DNA of 39,513 bases from Puniceicoccales bacterium (GCA_031268005.1 JAIRYA010000058.1:1-39513), one strand, 5' to 3'; numbered from the stretch's first letter, positions 1 to 9,321 are shown. Program-made: numbers and translations. The notes: generated from the letters alone by a model not told the origin.

Positions 1-272
1 CAGAACAGGCAGTGGGGCGTTCCATGGGAACGGAAATGCTTATCATGTTATTTTTATTTTTGGGAATGTGGTTTATTCTCATTACTCCCCAAAGAAAAAA
101 GCAAAAAAAACATGAGGAGATGATCAATGGCTTAAAAGCTGGCGATAAAGTTTTGACCGCGGCAGGAATTTTTGGCGAAATCGAAGCCATTAAGGATAAC
201 CGTTTCAAAATAAAAGTCGATACCCATACGACGTTAGAAATTCACCGCTCCTTTATTTCATCAAAATTATAA
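1..272 (+). CDS. yajC: Preprotein translocase subunit YajC (probably 5'-partial; frame is open to the window edge)
   Basis: TM segment followed by the YajC-typical WFILITPQRKKQKKHEEMINGLKAGDKVLTAAGIFG; no in-frame stop upstream of the GTG at 12. Confidence 0.93.
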   Translation, partial: EQAVGRSMGTEMLIMLFLFLGMWFILITPQRKKQKKHEEMINGLKAGDKVLTAAGIFGEIEAIKDNRFKIKVDTHTTLEIHRSFISSKL

Positions 273-335
273 TTTTTTTGTTGCTTACTTATTTTTTTCC
301 ATAACGATAATTCCATTGATATTTTTTGTTTTTCG

Positions 336-376
336 GCGGTAGTTTTTCCAGAAAATATGGAGAGATTACCGCTTTT
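336..376 (+). terminator. Probable intrinsic terminator after yajC
   Basis: 15-bp stem gcggtagtttttcca (336-350) / tggagagattaccgc (358-372) with 3 G-U pairs that only pair on the + strand, 7-nt loop, followed by tttt. Confidence 0.6.
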
Positions 377-433
377 GTATTATTTAAATATCTCCTAACA
401 AAAAAAACTCTCCTTTCCCTTTCTTTAAAAATA

Positions 434-1171
434 TCACATCGACAGCTTTTCCGAGAACAATAGGACCATTAGAATGGAAATATAATTGAAGAGGCCGTGC
501 ACAATTATGCAGGGAATCAAATTTCCATGGCGCTCATAGAGGCGAACTAAAAATATTCCCATTACAAAAAGAGGGACAAATGCCATTAAATTAAAATGCA
601 ATAGGGCAAATATGAACGCCGCCAGTAGCATGGCTTTGGGCGAAGACATCCATGATTTACAAACGCGGTAGAGAAAATAGCGAAAAATAAGTTCCTCGGC
701 AATCGGCGCCAAAATGACGGTTAAAAGTATAATACCGATCAACTGTCCCTCGCGGGTTAGGTCCGAATGGAGCGACTCAATCAGTGGCTGTTCCGCGATA
801 AGTGACACATTCCAAATGCCCTCTATCCGTAAAAGTATTTTCTCCCATAGAATGCCAATAACATACAATATTGAAAAAATTTTTACTTCCCCAATTATTC
901 CCGCAACGACTTTCCCTAGGGGATCCATTTTTAGCGGATTTATCGAAGGCCAATTCCCCGAATAATGAAACTTAAACAGCAGCAGCACGGCCATGGCATA
1001 GAGCAAATTGCCATTAATAGTCGAATCCATGATCGGATCTCCCAAATAACTTCCGAATAATTTGGAAATTAAAAATACAACCCCAACGGCTCCCCAAAAC
1101 ATTAGGGCAACAACCGCTAGAAAACGATCAAAAGCTAATTTTAAGGGACATAATTCCTGACTTTTCTCCAC
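434..1171 (-). CDS. CPBP (Abi/CAAX-II, Rce1-like) family intramembrane glutamic endopeptidase
   Basis: Multi-TM protein with motifs APIAEELIFR (EExxxR), FALLH (FxxxH) and HGLFN (HxxxN). Confidence 0.9.
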   Translation of the reverse strand: MEKSQELCPLKLAFDRFLAVVALMFWGAVGVVFLISKLFGSYLGDPIMDSTINGNLLYAMAVLLLFKFHYSGNWPSINPLKMDPLGKVVAGIIGEVKIFSILYVIGILWEKILLRIEGIWNVSLIAEQPLIESLHSDLTREGQLIGIILLTVILAPIAEELIFRYFLYRVCKSWMSSPKAMLLAAFIFALLHFNLMAFVPLFVMGIFLVRLYERHGNLIPCIIVHGLFNYISILMVLLFSEKLSM

Positions 1172-1236
1172 AATTTCACTTTCTAGGTATAAAAATACGT
1201 TTCCTGAAATTCAATTTCAAGATTTTTTAAAAATTT

Positions 1237-2367
1237 TCAATTAATTCGCAGGGGCATGACCACGCATAAAAACGTATCATTCGTCTTGATAACTCCTGGA
1301 CTGAGCTCATTTTTAAATTCAAAGTAAATTTCGTCATTGGCCAAAACTTTCAAAGGATCCGTTAGGAATTGAGGATTAAAGGCAATCTCCACCGATTCCC
1401 CATCGTAGACTATGGGTAAATTTTCACAGGCCTCGCCGTAGGCCGAGCTTCTCGCCGACACTTCCAGTAAATTATTGAATAACTTCAGTCGCACGGAATA
1501 ATTTTTCTCATCGGAAACGAGGGCCACCCTTTGGACTACGGACAGTAATTGTTCACGATCCAGGCGCACCCGATAGTCCGATGCGGAGGGAATGACCTGT
1601 TTATAATTGGGGTATTTTCCTTCGACAATTTTTGAAATAATGTAAATACTATCGCAAATGCCGCCTTCCTGATCCGATTTCACGTCGATGGAAAAAGCAA
1701 TTTGCTTATCCGTCATCAGAATTCGCACATTTTCACCAATCCCCAAGGTGCGCTCCAATTCCCCAATCGTCTTTGCGGGAACGATGACATTTTTCTGCAA
1801 ATTACAACTCGGCATCTCATTCGAAACCAGCGCTAGGCGGCGACCATCGGTCGCAATGAAATGAATGTGATTTTCCTCCGCTAAAAAATAAACCCCATTG
1901 AGAATGTAGCGATTTTCGTCCCTGGATTGCGCATAGGAAATGCTTTTTAACATGCGAACGCACTGCATCTGATTGATTTCAATCCTTTGATCCATATCCA
2001 ATTGGGGCAATTTCGGAAAATCATCGGACGCCAACCCTAAAATTTTAAAGCGAGAACCCCCCGAAGAGAGGCGAAGCAATGCGTTGTCTTCCATTTCACA
2101 TTCGACCCCATCGGCTGGTAAAACTTTAACAATGGAAGCTAGTTTTTTTACGGGAAGTGTCACACTTCCCGATTCCGCGACCCGTGCACTAACGACGCAT
2201 CGCATTCCGATATCCAAATTTGTCGTTGAAAGTGCAATTTGATTTCGGTCCGCAATCGCCTCAATCAGCACATTGGAGAGAATTGGCATCGTTAATTTCG
2301 TTCCAACGATATTCACAACCTGTTGTAATCCGGCAATTAAAGCATCTTTTTCTATAACAAATTTCAT
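1237..2367 (-). CDS. dnaN: DNA polymerase III beta sliding clamp
   Basis: 376 aa; MPILSNVLI, RYILNGVY, ATDGRRLA, GKYPNYKQVIP, C-terminal VVMPLR. Confidence 0.98.
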   Translation of the reverse strand: MKFVIEKDALIAGLQQVVNIVGTKLTMPILSNVLIEAIADRNQIALSTTNLDIGMRCVVSARVAESGSVTLPVKKLASIVKVLPADGVECEMEDNALLRLSSGGSRFKILGLASDDFPKLPQLDMDQRIEINQMQCVRMLKSISYAQSRDENRYILNGVYFLAEENHIHFIATDGRRLALVSNEMPSCNLQKNVIVPAKTIGELERTLGIGENVRILMTDKQIAFSIDVKSDQEGGICDSIYIISKIVEGKYPNYKQVIPSASDYRVRLDREQLLSVVQRVALVSDEKNYSVRLKLFNNLLEVSARSSAYGEACENLPIVYDGESVEIAFNPQFLTDPLKVLANDEIYFEFKNELSPGVIKTNDTFLCVVMPLRIN

Positions 2368-2521
2368 AATTATATACTACTTTTTAAACCTAGGGCATCC
2401 TTTTCAAATGACAAGCTAGAAAAAGCCACGAAAAATCGCATTATTATTAAAATATAGGCTTGCATACATTTTTATATTGGCAAAGGATGTTTATGAACTA
2501 GTCTTATTTACAGGCTTTATT

Positions 2522-3886
2522 ATGAATCTCAGTCGATATTTGTCTAAAAATCGTATCATTGAATTAAAAAGCAATGACTTCGACGACGCACTAAGAGAAT
2601 TATTACAGATTTGTAATGTCAATGATAAACCTGGAGAAAGTGCTTCCATCATCAATGAAATTGTGGAGCGCGAAAAAACAATTACTTCCTACCTCGGCAA
2701 TGGCATCGCCATGCCCTATATTCGCCGTCCCATCGGGAAACCCTACATCTTTGCCATCGGTCGATGTAAAAATGGTCTTAATTTTACAAATTCCGGAGAA
2801 CATAAGGACACGCGTGTCGTTTTTCTTATGATTATTTCTACGGAAAATGAAGAATCTTACCTCACCATTCTTGCTTCCATCGCCCGTATTTTTCAAAATC
2901 AGGACAATATCGCCCTCGTTCAAAAGGAACAAAGTATTGCGTCTTTTTGTAAAAATATTCACCATTTATTCGGCACATATAAATCCGCCGCCGATACGGA
3001 TAAAAATTCTATCAATCGCCTCATGTTGAGGGAGGCTCAAAAAATCGCTCGTTTTACCCAGTGCAGTGCCATTCTTATCTTTGGGGATGTTTTGACCAGC
3101 TCCCTTGAAATTAGAGAAAAATTTAGTAACATCCGCCTCTTGCTTGTTGCCCATAAAACGGATCACATTGATCCAAATGAGAATAATTTCAATGAAATTA
3201 TCTACGTTCATCCCTTTTCGAGTTCCCGACTTTCACAGGCTCGAAGTGCAATCCTCATCGCCCTCACACGCGGTATTCTAAACTACAGGGATAAAATTTG
3301 TTGCTTTTCAGGCCTTTCCAAGAGCAATATTTTCGATACCATTTCGGTTATCGACATTGCCAAGGAATTTAGCAATTCCTTTTCCGATAATGAAAATCTT
3401 ATCAAAGAAGGCATTCATCCCGAAGCCCTCGAACGTTTACTCGCCATTGCCGCCGATATTTCTGTCGAAGGACGGGAAGGTAAGCCCGTTGGCTGCCTCT
3501 TTGTCATCGGTGATATCGCTAAAATAAAACCCTATACTAAACCCCTCGTTTTAAATCCATTCTACGGCTACAAAGAAGAAGATCGCAATATTCTTAATCC
3601 TTTCATGGCCGAAACGATTAAAGAATTTTCTTCCATCGACGGTGCATTTATCGTCCGCGGTGACGGCGTCATTGAATCGGCGGGGTCCCTCATTCAGGCC
3701 TCTAGCACCCCCGTCATTGCAATGCCGAGTGGACTGGGTACGCGCCATGCGGCGGGTGCCGCAATTTCTGCGGTTGCGAATTGCATTGCCATCGCCGTCT
3801 CCGAAAGCACGCGCCAAGTCACCCTATTTAAAGACGGAAAAATGATGCTATTTTCGGAACAAAGTTTTTCCTCATCGGCAATTTAA
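2522..3886 (+). CDS. PTS EIIA(Fru/Ntr-like) domain fused to a DisA_N/DAC diadenylate cyclase domain (CdaZ/DacZ-like)
   Basis: N-terminal EIIA-like EREKTITSYLGNGIAMP; C-terminal DAC motifs EGREGKPVG, SSIDGAF (DGA) and LGTRHAA, then IAVSEST. ATG 2522 preferred over TTG 2477. Confidence 0.85.
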   Translation: MNLSRYLSKNRIIELKSNDFDDALRELLQICNVNDKPGESASIINEIVEREKTITSYLGNGIAMPYIRRPIGKPYIFAIGRCKNGLNFTNSGEHKDTRVVFLMIISTENEESYLTILASIARIFQNQDNIALVQKEQSIASFCKNIHHLFGTYKSAADTDKNSINRLMLREAQKIARFTQCSAILIFGDVLTSSLEIREKFSNIRLLLVAHKTDHIDPNENNFNEIIYVHPFSSSRLSQARSAILIALTRGILNYRDKICCFSGLSKSNIFDTISVIDIAKEFSNSFSDNENLIKEGIHPEALERLLAIAADISVEGREGKPVGCLFVIGDIAKIKPYTKPLVLNPFYGYKEEDRNILNPFMAETIKEFSSIDGAFIVRGDGVIESAGSLIQASSTPVIAMPSGLGTRHAAGAAISAVANCIAIAVSESTRQVTLFKDGKMMLFSEQSFSSSAI

Positions 3887-3919
3887 ATTTTTTTTATCTT
3901 TTTATTTTTTTAACTCATT

Positions 3920-5476
3920 TTATTTCATCATTTGCGCCATTCTTTGTAATTTTTGGTGAATAAAATACGTAATAATAGCTAAAATTAGAAAAATTATGAA
4001 AAGTAAAATACCAAAACCGTCGGGTTTTACCGGAAAATTCATGTGCCAAGGAATATATTTTTCCGCCCACAATAGGACGCAATCGATCCATGCCACCCCC
4101 CAGCGCGCACCGAAAAATAGGCAATCACTCAGCCATCCTTCCACATTTAATAGTCCCGTTAGTAGAAATAAAAATCCGCAAACGACGGTTGGTAAGGCCA
4201 TTTGAATGACAACTGGATTCAGTAAAATCCCCGAAAAACTAAACATATTGAAATACTCAAAGGTCAAAGGTGCACTCGCCAGCGTCGCCGCCACCGATAC
4301 GGAAAATAATTCCACTCCCTTTCGTAGTATGTAGGCCTTTTTTGTTGCCCGATTCTCTTTTCTTAAAATATTTCCCCATCCCGTGTGCCTAAAAAAACAA
4401 AGCAATAGGTCCTGCAGCGGCAGGGAAAGTAGTAGTAACATGGCCACTACGCCATAGGAGAGTTGAAAACCGATGTCAAATAGTAAAAGCGGTTCGTAAA
4501 TCAGCGAAAGAATGGCCGCATTGAGCAGTGAATCTATTCCGGAAGTGCTTCGTCGAAATAGTCCTGCCGACCAATGGCAGGTAATCATGAGCCAAGCCCG
4601 GACCGCCGAGGGAGGGAATCCAATCGCCCCAACGTAGAGAAATAAAATGATGAGAATGGGCATTCGCCTCCAATTTTTTCCCAGGAAAAAACAGTGCAAT
4701 AGAAAATCTAAGGCAAAGCCAATCATTCCGATGTGCAAGCCACTTACCGCGAGTAAATGGGCCGCACCCGTATTGTGAAAATTGTCTTTTTGCTCCTTCG
4801 ACAATTCCTTTTTTTCGCTTAGCAACAAACCGTAGAGTATTCCATCGGAAGGATGATTTCCGTGCTTCTGTGCGTAGGATGCCACCCGATCCCGTAGGTG
4901 GCGATTGATGGTCGCGAAAAATGTTTGAGCGGGTTTGGCCTCTTCCAAAATTTCCAGGACCTCACCGCAATAGCCGTAGAGATAAATATTTTTTTGAACC
5001 AAGTAGGAAAAAAATGTTTCGGAACAATGGGGCTTTAATAGACGAATTCCCGATCGCACGCCTACGATTTGGGAAGGAATATAATCCCCATTGCCGTTGA
5101 AATAGAAATAAATTTTATGCCCTTCCAAAAATTTATATTTTTTTCCCGAAATATTTTTTATGATACCATAGCCATAGACCTTTCCGCGACTTGGTTTTTG
5201 ATCAATTTTTATGATTTCAATGGCGTAGGATAATTTCCAAATTTGCGTCCACTCACAGGTAAGTGACTTTTCCATGCGCCAAAAAGTTAGCAGGGCAACG
5301 GTACCCATAAAACACCAGGAATAAATAATTCTTTTCCATTTTATTCCCCATAGGCAATGCCCTAAAATTCCCGTTAATAATAAAATAAGACAAAAAATGA
5401 CACCGCCCCTTAGGTTCCAAAATTTTACACACGCAATCCCTAGCACCATTTGGATAAAAATGGGCAATGATGGCAT
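3920..5476 (-). CDS. comEC: ComEC/Rec2 competence-family membrane protein (no C-terminal metallo-beta-lactamase domain)
   Basis: TGAAHLLAVSGLHIG, PSAVRA and DIGFQLSY motifs; many TM segments. Confidence 0.9.
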   Translation of the reverse strand: MPSLPIFIQMVLGIACVKFWNLRGGVIFCLILLLTGILGHCLWGIKWKRIIYSWCFMGTVALLTFWRMEKSLTCEWTQIWKLSYAIEIIKIDQKPSRGKVYGYGIIKNISGKKYKFLEGHKIYFYFNGNGDYIPSQIVGVRSGIRLLKPHCSETFFSYLVQKNIYLYGYCGEVLEILEEAKPAQTFFATINRHLRDRVASYAQKHGNHPSDGILYGLLLSEKKELSKEQKDNFHNTGAAHLLAVSGLHIGMIGFALDFLLHCFFLGKNWRRMPILIILFLYVGAIGFPPSAVRAWLMITCHWSAGLFRRSTSGIDSLLNAAILSLIYEPLLLFDIGFQLSYGVVAMLLLLSLPLQDLLLCFFRHTGWGNILRKENRATKKAYILRKGVELFSVSVAATLASAPLTFEYFNMFSFSGILLNPVVIQMALPTVVCGFLFLLTGLLNVEGWLSDCLFFGARWGVAWIDCVLLWAEKYIPWHMNFPVKPDGFGILLFIIFLILAIITYFIHQKLQRMAQMMK

Positions 5477-5557
5477 GGGGAAAAAACTGTGTCCTTTACT
5501 CCTAATTACTATTTCCTAGCAGCGCATTTCCCCTAAAGCAAGTGTAAATTTAAGACA

Positions 5558-5814
5558 GCGGGGCTGCTTGCCCTTAGGATCCCCGCCAGGAGACAAGTCT
5601 CCTGGACCTTTTCATCGACCAATGGCTTTGCAATCCCTAAAGGAATTGGACAAAGGGGTCTTTTTTTAAACAAGATCTTCCTTTTCCATGCCAAAACCGG
5701 GGAAGATTCTTCCCCGGTTTTGGCTGAAAGAGGTCAAGGAGTCTGCGACTCCTTGCGGAGTTTGAGGCAGAGCCTCAAGCAAACCTCCTTATAGGTGCAG
5801 GACAACGTCCTGCA
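5558..5814. repeat. Modular multi-hairpin intergenic repeat (REP/BIME-like), copy A
   Basis: Hairpins at 5586-5605, 5690-5724 (perfect 17-bp arms), 5735-5755, 5762-5778 and 5797-5813; collinear homolog at 28550-28792. Confidence 0.88.
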
Positions 5815-5838
5815 ATTCGTTTTTCCGGGAAATAAATT

Positions 5839-6807
5839 TTAAAATACTTTATTTAGGGTGATAGCAATCGTCGAATTTTTATCATTTTTGCCATATCTTC
5901 CCGAAAATGTAAGATCCAAAAAAATGGATTCGGTCCAATGGAAATGGATGTCCGCCGTGGCCAAAAATTTTGTGCCATCGAGACCGGAATGGATGAAATT
6001 TTCGCCAACGGAGTCTATGTTAATTTCGCCACCGGACCAGCGTTTTCGGATATTTTGTTCACCGCCAAGAAATAATTGTAGGTAAAATTTTTCATAATTT
6101 TTTTCGCATCTTATTCCAGCAATGCCATCAATTGTATGCAATCTCAGGGCGCTTTGATCCCATTCTTCGGCACCTTTTTGCTTTAAATTGTCGACGCCCA
6201 GGGCTATGTTTGGGCCAATTTTTAGATCATTCCATTTCCAAGGATAATAGAGATCTATTTTACTATGCAGGATGCGATGGCCGTGGGTAAAGTGATCAAA
6301 ATCCTGACCGTTAGCGGTAAAATTTTCGCAATTTGTATTGGATTTTCCAAATCCAAAAATCGACAGCGTTGAAACGTCCACCCCCAGGATGTGAAAATTA
6401 CCGTAGTAACCTCCAAACCCCATGTGCAAATCGCCTTTTTTCAAAGTATCGCAGCTGTAATGGATAAAATTCTTGGCAAAGCCACTGAAAAATCCCATGG
6501 AACAGGTCCGTTTCAGAATAAAATTATCGTAGTCAAAATCGAATCCCAAAAATGCGATGCCACCGTTGGAACAATGGCGCCTACCGTTTTCATGGGAATA
6601 GTCCACCATTCCATGAATTTCAAAGGGACGTGCACCTTCCTTTGGGAATATTTTTTCAGCATCAACGGAACGCCCCATCACCCCACTGCCCAAGGCGCAC
6701 GCATTATTTTTGAGGAGTGAGGCGAGCTCGGCGTAGGGACTTTCGAAGGCAAGTACCGCATTGCAAAGGAGTGCAAACCCTGGAAATAGAGTTTTTTTCG
6801 ATAACAT
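5839..6807 (-). CDS. Outer-membrane beta-barrel protein resembling an autotransporter translocator domain without a passenger
   Basis: Signal peptide (..LLCNAVLA/FE), short helical linker, alternating aromatic/Gly beta-strands, C-terminal ITLNKVF beta-signal ending in Phe. Confidence 0.65.
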   Translation of the reverse strand: MLSKKTLFPGFALLCNAVLAFESPYAELASLLKNNACALGSGVMGRSVDAEKIFPKEGARPFEIHGMVDYSHENGRRHCSNGGIAFLGFDFDYDNFILKRTCSMGFFSGFAKNFIHYSCDTLKKGDLHMGFGGYYGNFHILGVDVSTLSIFGFGKSNTNCENFTANGQDFDHFTHGHRILHSKIDLYYPWKWNDLKIGPNIALGVDNLKQKGAEEWDQSALRLHTIDGIAGIRCEKNYEKFYLQLFLGGEQNIRKRWSGGEINIDSVGENFIHSGLDGTKFLATADIHFHWTESIFLDLTFSGRYGKNDKNSTIAITLNKVF

Positions 6808-6919
6808 TCTTGGGGAAACCCTATCAAAGTTATGAGAATAATCAAGATCTCATATCTTTTTATTGCCCAATTTTTAAAAACCATAACATTACCCTTCAAT
6901 GACTTTGGAAAGTTAGATT

Positions 6920-7663
6920 GTGGGCACAGCGTTGACAGTTAATCACCTATCAATGGCCTACGATGACTACGTGGTCATGGTTGACCTCGATTTTAAAATT
7001 AATCCGGGAGAAATTTTTCTAATTATCGGCGGGAGTGGTTGCGGAAAAAGTACGCTCCTAAAGCACCTTATCGGCATCGAAAAAGTTATCAATGGGGTGA
7101 TTTACTACGGTGATAGCGATATCAATCAATTGCTTCAATCGGGTAATATTGCACAGAAATTCGGTGTCCTCTATCAAAGTGGAGCCCTTTGGGGGGATTT
7201 AACCATTGCGGAAAATGTCGCATTACCTTTGCATTACCATACGAATTTATCCAAGAAAGAAATCGCGGAATTCGTTTCCTTTAAACTTTCTCTAGTTGGA
7301 TTGGGCGGCTTCGAAAGTTTTTATCCCTTCGAAATTTCGGGAGGCATGAAAAAACGAGCGGGATTGGCACGGGCAATGATTTTAGATCCGGAATTTTTAT
7401 TTTTCGATGAGCCTTCGGCCGGTTTAGATCCCCTATCTTCAAAGCGATTGGACGATTTAATTTTGGAAATTCGCGATTGTTTTGGAACGACGATTGTAAT
7501 CGTTACCCACGAATTGGCGAGTATATTTGCCGTCGGTGACCGGGCAATTTATCTCGATGCAAAGACGAAAACGGCACTGGACATCGGAGCTCCGGAATGG
7601 CTATTGCACCACTCCGATCCCCAGGTGTGCTATTTTTTATCGCGGGGGAAAAGCCATGGCTAA
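6920..7663 (+). CDS. mlaF: MlaF/Mkl-family ABC transporter ATP-binding protein
   Basis: Walker A GGSGCGKST, FGVLYQSGAL, ISGGMKKRAGLARA, FFDEPSAGLDP, VTHEL. Confidence 0.9.
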   Translation: MGTALTVNHLSMAYDDYVVMVDLDFKINPGEIFLIIGGSGCGKSTLLKHLIGIEKVINGVIYYGDSDINQLLQSGNIAQKFGVLYQSGALWGDLTIAENVALPLHYHTNLSKKEIAEFVSFKLSLVGLGGFESFYPFEISGGMKKRAGLARAMILDPEFLFFDEPSAGLDPLSSKRLDDLILEIRDCFGTTIVIVTHELASIFAVGDRAIYLDAKTKTALDIGAPEWLLHHSDPQVCYFLSRGKSHG

Positions 7664-8705
7664 GAAAATCAATCCATTTGCAATCGGTCTTTTCGTTCTC
7701 GGTGCCTTGGCGATTTTTACGACTACCCTCATCCTTTTATTCGGCGGGAATTTTTTTAAAAACAAGGCTTCCTTTGTGCTCTATTTTAACGGTTCCGTGA
7801 ATGGGCTGGATGTGGGATCGGCGGTAAAATTTAAGGGGGTACGCATCGGAAATGTAAAATCGGTCGACGTGGTCTACGACGCCGAATCGGATGTAATCCT
7901 GACACCCATTATCATAGAAATTAACGCGGTTATTTTTTCTCCATCGACCAATCTGCTTCCAAAGGCCGAGAGGAAGGACTTCTATGACCATCAAATTAGG
8001 AATGGCCTTGCGGCGAAGCTGGGGATGGAAAGTTTTGTGACGGGAAAGCTATTTATTGAGCTGGACTATCATCGCCTAAATAAGCCACGATTTCACAGAA
8101 AAAATGGAACTAATTTTATTGCAATTCCGACAATTACTTCGGAAATCGATAAATTTATTTCGGGAGCCGACAGCCTCATCAAGAAATTTGATCAAATCGA
8201 TTTTAAGCACATTTCGGAGAGGCTCATGTCCATTTTATCCAATCTGGACGACCAGATACAGGATTCCAATATTTCGGAAATGATTCAAAATATTTCCAAT
8301 GCGGCGCTGGCAATACAGTCATTTCTAAACTCAGATCGCATGTACGGTCTATTGGAAGATGCCTCCGTTGCCATGGGAGATTTACAGGGCTTCCTGGGGA
8401 AACTTTCCCAGGCGGTCGAACGGTTGGAGACAGACGTCGCCGTGACGACGAAAGCTATGCGGCGCGTTATGAGTGAGGATATTGGCCGAGTGGCGAGCGA
8501 TCTCCATCGGGCAAGTGAAAAATTTGCCGAAACCTGTGCTTCCATTTCGGAATTACTGGGATCGCAATCGGATTTCCGCGAAAGTGCGAAAGTTTTCCTA
8601 TCCCAGGGATCCAAGGCCATCCAATCCCTACGCTATTTCCTCGACCTATTGAACAAAGCCCCCAATGCGATTGTCGCAGGAGTTGACTATGAAACGGAAC
8701 ATTAA
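7656..8705 (+). CDS. mlaD: MCE/MlaD-family protein with long helical C-terminus
   Basis: Start MAKKINPFAIGLFVLG overlaps the mlaF stop; MCE motif SVNGLDVGSAVKFKGVRIGNV, SFVTGKLFIEL, helical tail ending PNAIV. Confidence 0.88.
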   Translation: MAKKINPFAIGLFVLGALAIFTTTLILLFGGNFFKNKASFVLYFNGSVNGLDVGSAVKFKGVRIGNVKSVDVVYDAESDVILTPIIIEINAVIFSPSTNLLPKAERKDFYDHQIRNGLAAKLGMESFVTGKLFIELDYHRLNKPRFHRKNGTNFIAIPTITSEIDKFISGADSLIKKFDQIDFKHISERLMSILSNLDDQIQDSNISEMIQNISNAALAIQSFLNSDRMYGLLEDASVAMGDLQGFLGKLSQAVERLETDVAVTTKAMRRVMSEDIGRVASDLHRASEKFAETCASISELLGSQSDFRESAKVFLSQGSKAIQSLRYFLDLLNKAPNAIVAGVDYETEH

Positions 8706-9321
8706 ATTTTTTCCCTATTATATATTTTTTTTACTCTGTTCGGGATGTTCGCTTTTCGAATCGGTACCCGATCGGACGCGCCTCTTCGACATCGGATTTA
8801 AGCCCAGGGCTTCCCCGGGGAAGGCTTCTTCCTCTTCAACTGACAATCCCTCGATCTGCCTCATTCTGAAGCATTTCCCCGATTATCTCGACGCTCCACA
8901 AATAACCACAAAGGTCGGAGAACATGAATTAAAGAGCAATCCCCTTTACCGCTGGGCAACCCCACTTTCGGAAAACATCTTTCACATCCTTAGGCAAAGT
9001 ATTCAACAGAGTTTTCCAAAGGCACAGATTTACGAGTTCCCCAAGGATATCGTACCCGAAGTCGACCTTACGCTGAAACTTGACATCAATTTACTGGAAA
9101 TTGATGAAACTTCGCAGCGGGTATTTTTTTCGGGTACGTGGACAATTTTAGATAGAAAACAAAAGCGCTCCAATCGCTTCCCCTTCGAATTTTGCGAGTC
9201 CCTGGGGAAAGCTTCCGACCACTACGCGGAAATCGTCGCTAAAATTGAGCAAGTTGTACTTCAGCTGGGCGATGGGATTGTTAATCAAATCAATCTTATA
9301 TTAACGGAAACGACCAATTGA
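8689..9321 (+). CDS. PqiC/ABC_trans_aux-family lipoprotein
   Basis: AGGAG RBS at 8678-8682, lipobox LCSGC, PDYLDAPQI and YRWATPL motifs; follows mlaD. Confidence 0.82.
   Translation: MKRNIKFFPYYIFFLLCSGCSLFESVPDRTRLFDIGFKPRASPGKASSSSTDNPSICLILKHFPDYLDAPQITTKVGEHELKSNPLYRWATPLSENIFHILRQSIQQSFPKAQIYEFPKDIVPEVDLTLKLDINLLEIDETSQRVFFSGTWTILDRKQKRSNRFPFEFCESLGKASDHYAEIVAKIEQVVLQLGDGIVNQINLILTETTN

Noticed and set aside
1172-2476. Possible replication origin near dnaN
   Set aside because: No dnaA adjacent, the intergenic gaps are short, and no cluster of TTATCCACA boxes was seen.
7527-7655. Long N-terminal version of mlaD (and the 8665 start of the lipoprotein)
   Set aside because: Deep overlap with the upstream gene; downstream ATGs (7656, 8689) give typical N-termini and translational coupling.
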